DNA of 61,970 nucleotides, filler included, from Basidiobolus ranarum (Eukaryota): NCBI GenBank assembly GCA_040143965.1. It is 2 parts of 2 records of this genome, joined end to end, with 100 filler letters (N's around TTAATTAATTAA, not from the genome) between each part and the next. Parts side by side here need not be neighbours in the genome. Positions count along the whole stretch, not along the records: positions 31,051 to 61,970 come from JASJQH010000095.1; 1 more part is not named here. One strand, 5' to 3'. Shown piece by piece: positions 51,201 to 61,970 of this stretch (position 1 is its first letter; each line of letters starts with the position of its first letter). The notes under the pieces were generated by a model. It saw only the letters and a program-made list of their open reading frames with translations, ran no database searches and was not told where the DNA came from. The position numbers and the translations under genes were made by a program.

Positions 51201-52480
51201 TTGCATACCGATAATCGTATACTACGAACCTCTTTGTCCCAATGTGTTGGTTCGGTAATTAACAAGTGGACTTCAGGTAGAGCTTAACCTTTTTCCTCAT
51301 TTGGCGTATTGGTTGCTTACGCGAAATTCCCCTTTAGCCAATGACCTTGAACAGTTTATCAGTGGCGACATTACTAAACTTCGAGAGGCATTTATTCATG
51401 CCGAAGACATGGATTTGCGCTCACGTGCACTCGATATTTTGCAATGGGTATTCCGTTTTTATTTACTTTTCAAGAATTATCATCGTTATTTATACTCTTG
51501 CTTTATAGATCACCCGTGCTTTAATATTGAGAGCTCATGCGGTTGGGTTCCAGCTCGCAACCGACTTGTGTACCCTATTGAACCATCCCCAATTGGGTAA
51601 GCAGATAGCAAATGGATTTGAAATCCTTATTGGCGATAATGAATGGGTCCTTGATAAATCCAGTTTCTGTACCGTCAGAGTGAGTTATTTATAGTCAGTT
51701 ATGAGCACTCAAGTGACTTATGCAAATACTCACCTTTTTGGAATTTTCATCAATCAGCTTTTACATAAGCAGAGATTCTTCAATCACTGCCTTCCTTTGA
51801 TTCTTGATGGCTTTACGAACTCTCATGAAGGTATACATGCCCCTAGCTATTGACCCGAATCGCACATTCTAATGCTTAGTACTTGTGCCTAGGAATTAAG
51901 GAGAACTATCTGATTGCTTTGTCTCAGATTTTGATCAGCGTTCCCAAACAAGTGCTTTTGAGCGCTCTTTCATCGGTAAACTACTATTCGTATTGTATAG
52001 ATCTGAACTTAGCCAGGCTAATCATGTTCCAATTTAGTTGCTTCCTCTTCTATTGTCATCCCTGTCCTATCCTGAGGCTAGCCTTAAGGCATCCACTTTG
52101 CTCACTTTGAGTATCTTGATCGAAGAGACGCCTCAAATCGTGACAGAACATGTATCGTCGATCTTGCCACTTCTACTTCAGCTCACTTTATGCGAGACCA
52201 CCAACAATATGGTAAATAATTGCAGTATAGAATAGAGTGACGAGCCCATTTTAGTAACCAAACCATTACAAATGATCCAATGTAGGCTGTACGTATCAAC
52301 GCTCTAAAGTGCCTCACTCTATTGACAACTAAGATCCGCTATGATGCACTTCATCCTTACAAATCCCAAATTCTAAAAGAATTGTTAAAACCCGTCGATG
52401 ATCCCAAACGGATTGTTAGAAAGGAAGCAGTGATTTGTAGAAACAAGTGGTACATGCTTACCGGGCCACCCACCAAATAA
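48275..52480 (+). CDS. MMS19: MMS19/Met18 cytosolic Fe-S cluster assembly targeting factor, many introns
   Basis: DGEKDPRNL, FCYFPITFKPP, HEAT-like helices, LHKQRFF, DDPKRIVRKEAVICRNKW. Confidence 0.92.
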
Positions 52481-53323
52481 TCGATTGATGTTTCTTGCTT
52501 CGTAGTCTCAATTCTAGAGTTTATATTGATTAACCAATATTTTTTTAAATAAACCATCTTTATTGAACATCTGTTGCATTTTCGTGATATCATTGTTCAT
52601 ATGCTAGACTATGTTAGTCAATAACTGAACCCCATATATAGCCATTTATATTGCATTCCGTTCCGTTCCATTCCTCTCCATTGGTATGCAGATAGATAGT
52701 GCTAAAGGAAGATCAAGAGGAGTTCAATCCCCTTTCATAGATCAAAGCTAAATCAGTCGGATCCAGCTCAGATAATCATCTATCCAAGAAAATAAGAAAC
52801 CTATGATACATGTTTACTATCAAGTTTTCGTCCATGAAATTTGATACTTGTTTCATCCAGGCGTCTTAGTTAATAAATAGATTTTAATGGGCCCTGGAAT
52901 TATCAAGCTAGCTATAGCGTAAATAATGCAGGAAAGGGCATATGTTCCATTATCTTGGGTGTTGGTCTCTACATGTGACTAGCTATTGGTTGATAATCTA
53001 AAGCAGGACTAAAAAGGAAATTGTGGATATCGAAGTAGAGTTTATTGGTACTTATTGTAATGCAAATTAGAAGTAAAAATATCGAGGGAAGAAAGATAAT
53101 ACTAATAGTGAAAAAAATGGCTACCGAAGAAATTATTGGGCTCGAGTCAGAGAGTAACGCGAAGACATCTATAGTACAGTAACTGATTCTAGACAGATAC
53201 ATCTCTCTGATGACAAAGTGAGTACAAAATCCATGAGAACACCGTTTGCACATAAATAAATAAACGAGTGAAATCTATACATTATACAGCGGTGGTAGTG
53301 TTTCATCAACTCGAAGTTAGGAA

Positions 53324-55294
53324 TTAGCAATCATTGGGAATTAAGAAACTTTCTTGGCGGACACCTCCACCCCAGGGTGTACCACCTACTAATTTGGCAT
53401 CTAGACCCAAACCGCGTTTAGCAAATGCTTTCCATATCTCACAATAGTTGTCACCACCAGTTAGTAGATCATCAGCGTGAATGATAGCATCTCTAGCGTC
53501 AACGAATTTCGGTCTGCACGGTTGCAATTTCATGCCATCAAGTACTAACTGTAATGCCAAAGTATTCCCATGTCTTAGAGATGCTGAATACCAATCCAAT
53601 GTGAAGCCATGCTTATCTACCAGATTCCAGTACATCTCATATAGCATCTCAGCCCATACACCTCCCTTGGCATGAACTCCCCAATAATTCGCTTTATCCA
53701 TGATGGAGTATGTCTCAGGGTTGGTAACATTATTGGTAGAGTATTTGAAATATCTAATGTTCTTCCCTCCATTAGCGTATTCTCCCATACCGAGATCTAG
53801 TCTGCGATCATCGTCGGTTCTCATACGAAGAATTGTGGCAAAGAAATCTCCCCAACCTTCACCCATCCCACCGGCCTCTCCCCATCCGAGGCATCCGCTA
53901 TTGGCAGGACCTCCGGTCAATCTGGTTGAAATGCCATGAGTATACTCATGGATCATAATACCACTTTCTAAATCACCATCACGGTGAGGCTGTACCACAT
54001 TCCAAACATACATTCTCATCTTGCCTTTCATACCATCTGGAGGAGTGGCGAAATTAGCGTTATTATAGCCGCTTCCATCTTGAGCATTAGCGATAACCGC
54101 ATCACCAGACTCTCCACCACGTCCAAAGTTATTATCTTGAAAATTGCCAGCCGTTTCAGTGAACCCATACTGATAGCTAAGGTCATGCATCACATTATTC
54201 CAATAGAAAAGATTGGTGATCGAGGAATCAAGGTAAGATTTGGGGTTACGATGTAAGTCCATCGTGAAATCAAATAATAGATGTTCACCACCATGAGGAC
54301 GGTAGTTTGTTTCCCATTCATAACCTCCTTCGATATTCTCGTGAGCGGCAACATTATTACCGATAGTAGTAGAGAAATTTCTGCGACCGAGTGAATGCCA
54401 TCCAAGCGGACTGGCTCTTTTATCCTCGGGATTGGATACTAATCGTCGACTTCCTTCATCAGGATCATTAATTCCAAGTGGATAAACATTATAGTGTGCA
54501 TCTGAGACCCAGTCGATGAGTGATATGACTTGAGCATCATCAGCAGATACATGAGCATGATACCAGTTATCGTTCATCTCTACTTGGAAATCCCATACCA
54601 GCTGTAGCTCACCATCAGATGATTGAATGTAGGCCAATGATGTAGGTACTTCATTATCCACAGTAAATGGAACTCCTTGAATCACATACGAATCGTCTTT
54701 AGGATCATCGGATATCTTTTCCACTTCTAACACAGAAGAATCATCCATAGGGATTTTCAAGTGCTCCGCTAGCGAGATCAAAGCCTCACGTGGAAGAATT
54801 TTAGGGTGTGGGGAGGATTTGAAAGGGTTGAGTCTACTAAAGACGACTTGACCAAAGGGACTGGCGAAGTTGTCTTGTAGTTTGTTCATAACATCAGTGA
54901 ATTTAGAAGAAACAGGTTTGGCGCCTTTATAGAAAGAATCACCATAAGATACGATGCGACCATTTTTATCAATGTTGATGTTGATATCACCATTGACCAC
55001 TTCAAGGTTATTGACTACTTGTCGAAGATAAATATGGGTCACTCCATTGTGCTCGGATTGATAAGAGTTCTTGACGATGTAATCGTTCTGGTCAAGGTTA
55101 AGAGTTTCTTGGATAAACTTCTGGACTACCGCCTTCGGATCTTCCGAGGAGATGGGGCTAAAGGCCGATTGAATTGAAGAGACAAGAAAATTGCTTTGAG
55201 AAATTTCAGGGCCGAAAGTGGTCGCGTGTATACGTTCAGCAACTATGGTTGAGGATATAGAGAACAGAAGAGATAAAACAAAACAAGCACGCAT
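53324..55294 (-). CDS. Secreted fungalysin (M36) metallopeptidase with FTP propeptide
   Basis: Signal peptide MRACFVLSLLFS; HIYLRQ, AGNFQ, NNANFATPPDG, HEYTHG, GMGEGWGD. Confidence 0.95.
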   Translation of the reverse strand: MRACFVLSLLFSISSTIVAERIHATTFGPEISQSNFLVSSIQSAFSPISSEDPKAVVQKFIQETLNLDQNDYIVKNSYQSEHNGVTHIYLRQVVNNLEVVNGDININIDKNGRIVSYGDSFYKGAKPVSSKFTDVMNKLQDNFASPFGQVVFSRLNPFKSSPHPKILPREALISLAEHLKIPMDDSSVLEVEKISDDPKDDSYVIQGVPFTVDNEVPTSLAYIQSSDGELQLVWDFQVEMNDNWYHAHVSADDAQVISLIDWVSDAHYNVYPLGINDPDEGSRRLVSNPEDKRASPLGWHSLGRRNFSTTIGNNVAAHENIEGGYEWETNYRPHGGEHLLFDFTMDLHRNPKSYLDSSITNLFYWNNVMHDLSYQYGFTETAGNFQDNNFGRGGESGDAVIANAQDGSGYNNANFATPPDGMKGKMRMYVWNVVQPHRDGDLESGIMIHEYTHGISTRLTGGPANSGCLGWGEAGGMGEGWGDFFATILRMRTDDDRRLDLGMGEYANGGKNIRYFKYSTNNVTNPETYSIMDKANYWGVHAKGGVWAEMLYEMYWNLVDKHGFTLDWYSASLRHGNTLALQLVLDGMKLQPCRPKFVDARDAIIHADDLLTGGDNYCEIWKAFAKRGLGLDAKLVGGTPWGGGVRQESFLIPNDC

Positions 55295-55689
55295 GGTCAA
55301 ATCAAGGGAATCGTACACAAAGGATATTCAAAAAGAGTCACGTCTAATAGTAAGTAAGGTGAAAGAAAGATCTAAAGGTAAAAATCAGTTGAAGATAAGA
55401 ATGAAGAAGGTAAACTGGTCCTAATCAGGAGTGTTCCAATCGAGTTTTTAAATAGTGGATCTTCACGCTATAGATTCACGGAATTATAATAGGGATGTGG
55501 TATGCAAGTCGGTGATTGGACTTTCAAAAGTAGAACAAGCGAAAACTACAGAAACCAAAATGGTGATAATCTTGCCCTTTCGGAGCCTGTAGAGAAAATT
55601 TACCAGCTGAAAATTGTGCATTCAGTTAATTCATTGACTGTGGAAGCAGTAACCTGTGTTTAGCTGATGAACTAGCCGAGTAGCTATTG

Positions 55690-56290
55690 GCTCACCACTT
55701 CGCCTCAAACAAGCACATGATCTCATCCCGAATTCGGTGATGATAGATGATTCAAGAAACTGTTGGTGGGCAAGGTTCATGCAGAATTGTTCGCTTGCAT
55801 TCAATTCTATCACGCGTTCTTTCACTTTGAGAAGCACATGTGACAACAGCCTGACCACACGATTGACTTTTATGACGAGAAATAATTCCGTAGCTCTCCC
55901 TGATTGCTGAGCTTTATCGAGAAACACATTGTACAGCCTAGATTAGCTTCAAGAAACACATTGTACTGGCCTAGATTAACATCAAGAAACACTGAGGCTC
56001 GGTGCATATTATTTCCATTTATCAACCATCTAGTTGCCCCGTTTGCATACGAAAAACCCTTCATAATCTCCTTTGGAACACCAAACCTGTGCATTCAAAT
56101 ATTGTGACTGCAATTGGACTACTAATGATCGGATCCGCTATCATCTCATAGATAGGCTGAATCGAGAGTACAAATAGTGTTCGTATTCATTCGGAATCAT
56201 TTGACTGCTGGCTCAGTAAATGATGAACGCAGAAAAGTGAACTCGACTGTCCATAGGTGGAGATGGCTGTATCAACACGCTGGTGGTGGG
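55690..56290 (+). mobile_element. Decayed gypsy integrase-like fragment
   Basis: PLRLKQAHD, LYWPRL, EKPFIISF and STVH..GDG appear in the order expected for an H2C2/core integrase; frameshifted. Confidence 0.3.
55920..55992 (+). repeat. Tandem duplication of a ~32-33 bp unit (about 2.3 copies)
   Basis: AGAAACACATTGTAC(A/TG)GCCTAGATTA(GCT/ACA)TCA twice, then AGAAACAC. Confidence 0.8.
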
Positions 56291-57358
56291 TGCGAGTATA
56301 GGTGATTCATGGTGGAAAATATTAATTAATCTGGGAAAGAATTGATAAGCAGTAACGGGGGCCATATCACCGGGTCAACACAAGTAAATAAAGCAAGATA
56401 TATTAATCTGTCCACCCTTTGCTCGCTAAACCAACATCCAATTAGGGATCCAAGGATTTGTGAATGAGACAGTAGCTTTCCTTAAACTTCCGAGATATGA
56501 TTGTTATTCCTCTCGGGAGTATGTATAGCCCCTTCGATAATAATCCGTTTAGGGGGAATGCACAAGTTTCGAATTCACAAATGGATTCCAATATCAATGG
56601 AATACAAAATCTCAGGACGAAGCCCTTGATCCATGATCGAAGAGAGATTTAACATAAGCACATATAGCAAATAGAAAGGTGGAGAAAGCAACTGGAAAAT
56701 CCAATCACAGTTGCTGCTGAGATTCAATGTGACAGTGAAGGAAAATTTAACAGATCGAGTCGATATATGCACTTGAGTGAATTGGATAACCATGTGGCAG
56801 ATTTCAAAACATCAGAACCCGTCATACTGACGACAACGGGCTTGGCTCTTCATTGCTTGTATCTTGGCTGTGCTCATTCATTTATGTAGATGCTTTGTCT
56901 CCACACGAAGTTGGCGAAATGTGTGCTGGAGGATAGATGCAAATAAGCCAGGACTGGCCCACATCATAACCACGCTCTCATCCCGATTGTATATGTGTTA
57001 GTACATGGATTGGGTCATCTTAAAGAACTACCAATATCTTCATAGAATCTCTTGGCTTCCTTGTATTAATAATTGTTGTATTCGTCTTTAAGCAAAATTC
57101 CTCGCCTAATAGTGATTAATAATTGAACTATCAAACTGCGGATTCTCCATTCAATTACAGTTGTCTAAATCAACTTTCCTTTTATGATAGAATTAGACAT
57201 AAAAAGGCGCAGTCGAACTTCAACCACCACTTAAATTCGAGCGACTGCTATTATAAATAAATAACAATTCTGCCCATCCCCGACTACACTTTTCAACGCC
57301 CGGATGAATAATGCTAACTAAGGTTCAAAGAGTTTCACCTTATTTTATCAAGCCCAAG

Positions 57359-58015
57359 ATGGTTAACAATGATACTGAGAGAGAAGACAAACCAACTCAA
57401 CATATGAATGGTAAAACAGACCAGTTGAAACAAACTTCTCAAGAAATAAAGAATGAGGTGGATAGTGACATTGAAAGTAAGTGGTGATTTTTTATGTCTT
57501 CACTGCTACCATTTTTAGACCGGAATACTCAGTATCTCTAATAGCCGTCGTACCGTTTCCAAGGACGGAAGCAGAGCGAAGTAGCTTTCCAAATTATAAA
57601 ACAAACCGTTCGGTAACCGAGCACCAGTTTCGGGTTTACGACTTGTGTGCTCAAATACCAGCCGGCTCTTTCTCCACATATAAAGAAATCTCAAATGCTT
57701 TGAACTCATCACCTCGTGCCGTTGGACAAGCATTAAGAAATAATCCTTTCGCTCCTTTACCAATTCCATGTCATCGCGTACTAACAAGCAATTATTTCAT
57801 TGGTGGTTATGATGGGTAAGATTTCATCCCCTTCAAACACTACTTTGGCTTTCTCAAACTTATATTTGATTGTGTTGTATAGTGATTGGGGCTCTGGTAA
57901 CAAAATCAATTCTAAGCGTGCGAAGTTGGAAAAGGAAGGTCTAAAGTTTGATGAAAATCAAGTACTACTTCCACAATTTCAAGATTCAAAATTGTTCACT
58001 GACTTCCAACTGTGA
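57359..58015 (+). CDS. O6-alkylguanine-DNA alkyltransferase (MGMT family; exons 57359-57476, 57545-57815, 57883-58015)
   Basis: IPAGSFSTYKEI, PRAVGQAL, active-site PCHRV, KRAKLEKEG. Confidence 0.88.
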
Positions 58016-58211
58016 AGTAATCTAAACTTTGATATAATACCTCTCGCTAGATTTGGTTGATGTGTATGATGAAAATGAAATTTTCAAATAAAATGAAAAA
58101 TCACCCGTGTAGTAAATATTGTACAGAAGATGGTTAGAATGAACATAATGTGTTTATATAAATTATCAAATGAATTATATTATTACACGCTGATTGACGA
58201 GAGAATAACCA

Positions 58212-59034
58212 TTAAACTTCGTCATCTAAGCGATACGCCACCAAGGCGTCGATTTTGTGAATATTTGTGGAGAAGGAACGAAGTTTGACCTGTTCACTGT
58301 TCTTCTTAATGTAATGTGGGTCTGAGTCTATCCAAGTGGTTGGAACTTCCACATCTTTATCGGCGTATACCAAAATGTTGAAAGAGCACTTCTCCTCCAA
58401 GATAGGTAAGAAAGTGACACTGGCAGTAATTTGACGGATAATAGCTTGAATTTCAGCATGAATTTCTTTCTCGGTCTTTTGTGGTACATCACTAAAATAC
58501 CAAATTAATCACTACTCATATTGCATAAAAATCAACACAAGCTCGTTTACCTTTTACTTTCAGCTTGACCTCCATTTTCGGTATCAAGAATTTGGATATC
58601 GAATTGCCAACGTTCGAGTACCTCCATGGTCTCTTTGGAATTTATAACCAAAACTAATTTACTGATTTTCCCGTCAAGCATCCACTCTAGTTAAAAATGT
58701 ATTAGAAAACTGCATCAAAGTGGAGAATTGTAGAATAATAATCAATTACCGTCCAGCTGAGTCATGACTTGTTTCAAGTATGTTTGTAGAGCGTCATCAG
58801 TGGTAACCAGCATGTTAAGGCCATACTTTTTGACCATCTTGAAGTCTTCAGGAGGGTAAAGACCTCGTTGAAACAAGATACTGTTTATCGAGTAATCTTT
58901 TTTGATCAAATTAGTTAGTTCCTAGACTAGTTTACGATAAGAACAGAGCATGAAGACCTACCAAAAAACTCGACCACTATCTGAGTGGACCCACGAAGAG
59001 TGATATTACCACGGGTAAGTTGAGAGGTGGCCAT
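58212..59034 (-). CDS. MAD2: Spindle checkpoint HORMA protein Mad2, four exons
   Basis: ITLRGSTQIVVEFF, SINSILFQRGLYPPEDF, ERWQFDI, IRQITASVTFLP, VKLRSFST. Confidence 0.95.
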
Positions 59035-61059
59035 TTGGTGCTGTAGTGGTTGCTGTGTAGGGTGGAGTAGAGTCGGTTAAAGCCCCTAGATTATATATTG
59101 AGCAAGGTAGGATTTCTTTGTTTTCATTTCACTCTTATTTCGGTTTATTATGAAAATAACACACTTTGCAATCGTATTTTAGGGTTCTGACAACTCTCAA
59201 CTAGGGACGTTGTTTGGGTCCCCAAGTGTAAACTGAAAGTCACCAGATTCACCTAACCCTAACCTTGATTTCGATGGTGTTCTTGGATAGTAGAATTCGT
59301 GGTGGATTCGTGATGAATTTATGGTAATATCACAATTCTTTTGGGAATTTTATTGATTGAAAGACTAATCTTGCGCATCATGGACGACGTGAATTGTTTA
59401 GAATGAACCTGTAGATTACTCTCTCACTCTGTCTCCACAATTCATGAAACTGTGTTTACGTTCTGTGATAAATCAGTACTTAATCACACCTATCATGAAA
59501 CTATTTACATGGTATTGTGGTCTGTATAAATCATCCCTAAAGTGCACCCCATTCTTGGAGAGTTTTAGACTTGACGAGTAAATTCACAGTAGTATCTAAA
59601 ACAGCACCTCAACGGGCAGTTAGCTTAGAGTGCAGTGGACTATTTGGATAATAAACACGCTATGGATGTTGGATAGCTATTGCGTCAAAGTGAACTCATG
59701 TCTCAAGTGGTTAGTCACTTATGTTTGTTGGTGAATAACGAGACTCCACCACAGACTTCATACATCGGCATCATGGTCAGTACAATGTTAGAAACACCGT
59801 CCAGGAACAATTTCCATTGATATCAAAAGGTCTAGGATAGATGATACCCGGGTAAAGCACTATTTAAAGGGTTGGTTGGGGTTCGACGCTACAGTCAGCC
59901 TCCGATGATCTTCATATATACTTCAATATAGATTATCTCTTGGCTAGAGTGATTCATACGCATGAGCATGAGGATAGGTGAGATCTATGACCATGAATCT
60001 TCACCAAATTTGATAGCCAAGTTGGTTAGCAGGATATGGATCTAGAGCTATGCAGGTGTGGATGCGGGCGCAATAAATGTCGCAATTAATAAGAACACTT
60101 GCCACCCTTTAAAGCACCTGCAAAGGACTTTTGATTCGGACCTCTAGGACGGCGGTCTGTGTTCTCACATCGAAGAGTTATAATGTAGTGTTCTGTGATA
60201 TTTAAGGAGGATAAGGGATATGATTGATGGCACATGCACCCTAACATCCGATATACGTTACAGTGACAAATCAGTTTGCACATCTATTGTTTGGTTTTTT
60301 CCCTTGTCAATGCATCTGTTCCCTTCGATTTTCAATTTAAAAAAGAGTGTCTGTGATGTCCATGAGTATGCGGTTTTGGTGACAAATACGAAATGAACCG
60401 AGACTCTAAAATTGATCGGTATGAGATAATGTCAACCATGTGTCTCTATTCCCTAGCAGCAGTCCAATAGAGTGACATAGGCACAGTAGTTTCCTCCACC
60501 GTTGCCCTATATCGGCTCTCATCTTGTGTTGGTTTGGGGCAATGTATCACTAGCCAGAAAGCGTAAATCTAGCTCGCCATGGATTGTCCGTCCCCTTTAG
60601 GAGATTAAGTGGTGGACATACTTAATTTATTCCCCTCAAACAGCTCGTGAGGGATGATAGCCAGATATGGTTATAAAGACTAGGAGTAATTATGTGCTGA
60701 TGTACTAAATTGAACTGCAATATTCTGCAAGGTTTCTTAATATAGTGAAGAATGGTGAACAGTGCGTTCAAATATGAACTCTGATAGTGATGGTTCTTAA
60801 CTGGCCATCATGTATAAGGGTCACTCCTATAATAGCATCTATAGTATAAGTGTATGTTAGGCACTAACCTTCTCTCAGAGGGAGGTTATTGGCTAGGTTT
60901 AATGGAACAAGATATCCCAAAGTTGGTTGCGATCCTCCACATACTGAAGTATTTTGTATATAACCCACCAAGGCGGCCACACAACATAACAATCCTTACC
61001 TCAACTACAATATCTTTACATCCAACTCCAAGAACTGGCGCTGTTACCAACGGATCAAT

Positions 61060-61665
61060 ATGCCTACTCACAAAAGTAAATCCATGCAATTTGTTTTCAG
61101 CATGAAGCCCAAATCCTCTAGGCCCTACGAATGCGCCATTTGCTCCAGCACCTTTAGAAGAAATGAGCACCTAGCTAGACATATACGTACACATACAGGA
61201 GAAAAGCCTTTCGTCTGCGAAGTGTTTGGATGTGGAAGAAAGTTCTCTCGATCAGATGAACTGATCAGACATTCCAAAGTTCACTCCAAGAATGATTCAC
61301 ATCGGTCAAAGCAAACATATCGCCAGTATTGCTCGGTGTATCGATCGGTCAATTGGAATTTAGATGGAGAGGTGAACATAAGTAAATATACCCCTGCTCA
61401 GGAACCCTTTGAATACATGTTTCACTCCCACTTGGTCGCTCATTCAAATGAAGAATTAGAAGTGAAGAAAACATCTTCAATCTGGAATCTGCTCAACTCA
61501 GAGGATCACCATTATACGCCACTCAGCTCTGCATCCAGCTCTTCAACATCATCATGCAATTCTGACTCTGAAGAAACAGCATCAGAGGAGGCCTTTGACT
61601 CTAGAAACAAAGCCGCAACATTATCTACTTTGGGTGGTTTCAGCTTGGCCAGTATACTTAATTAA
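61060..61665 (+). CDS. C2H2 zinc-finger transcription factor, Mig1/CreA-like fingers
   Basis: RPYECAIC...[17 protein letters not shown]...[18 protein letters not shown]. Confidence 0.88.
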   Translation: MPTHKSKSMQFVFSMKPKSSRPYECAICSSTFRRNEHLARHIRTHTGEKPFVCEVFGCGRKFSRSDELIRHSKVHSKNDSHRSKQTYRQYCSVYRSVNWNLDGEVNISKYTPAQEPFEYMFHSHLVAHSNEELEVKKTSSIWNLLNSEDHHYTPLSSASSSSTSSCNSDSEETASEEAFDSRNKAATLSTLGGFSLASILN

Positions 61666-61970
61666 TATTGAATGCACTAGATTTTTGTAAGCTTATGTAA
61701 ATCATTGTACATACGAGTTTCGCTGACATATCATCCAGCAATAAAACGCTTGCTTTTAAACCCCATTTACTATCATCGATGTGGTTGAATACATGACTCT
61801 GTGCAGTGAGATGTAGTGCTTTAGTGGCAATAGCAGTAGCAGCAACAGCAGCAGTACCATGTTCCGATTCTGTTCCGACAATTACCAATTGCATCAATCC
61901 AATGTATCGAACTCTGACTGACTAGAATTTTCACTAAATTATTCCATTTGCGTTCACGTGATTCCGGATA

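Noticed and set aside
48275-52480. Possible U12-type introns in MMS19
   Set aside because: No (G/A)TATCCTT donors seen; all donors look like degenerate U2-type GT
52690-52740. tRNA-like GTTCAATCCC motif
   Set aside because: No acceptor stem or cloverleaf could be built
55920-55992. CRISPR-like repeat
   Set aside because: Only about two adjacent units with no spacers, in a eukaryotic context with no cas genes
48275-59034. Genome-stability cluster (MMS19, alkyltransferase, MAD2)
   Set aside because: Unrelated pathways interrupted by a protease and transposon relics; no evidence of co-regulation
59252-59265. CCTAACCCTAACC telomere-like motif
   Set aside because: Only two units; expected by chance

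Overview
Eukaryotic, AT-rich, intron-containing genomic DNA. Short GT-AG introns and the protein families point to a fungus, probably an early-diverging lineage (inference). The window is two contigs joined by an artificial 100-nt spacer (N44-TTAATTAATTAA-N44, 30951-31050). The left contig carries an orphan ORF, two tandem secreted histidine acid phosphatases, a GH5 exo-beta-1,3-glucanase, an acyl-CoA synthetase, a bZIP factor and a PPIL4-type cyclophilin-RRM, separated by long intergenic stretches with decayed transposon fragments. The right contig carries a Pcl-type cyclin, an OSCA/TMEM63 channel, a Mit1/CHD-type remodeler, a BOR1 borate transporter, a TMEM14 gene absent from the ORF track, MMS19, an M36 fungalysin, an O6-alkylguanine alkyltransferase, MAD2 and a Mig1/CreA-like C2H2 factor. 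The most notable item is that the Mit1-like SNF2 remodeler appears to be spliced in frame to an N-terminal HP1-like module (chromodomain, hinge, second chromo-fold), a possible natural HP1-Mit1 fusion. All gene models were read by eye; no database searches were run.
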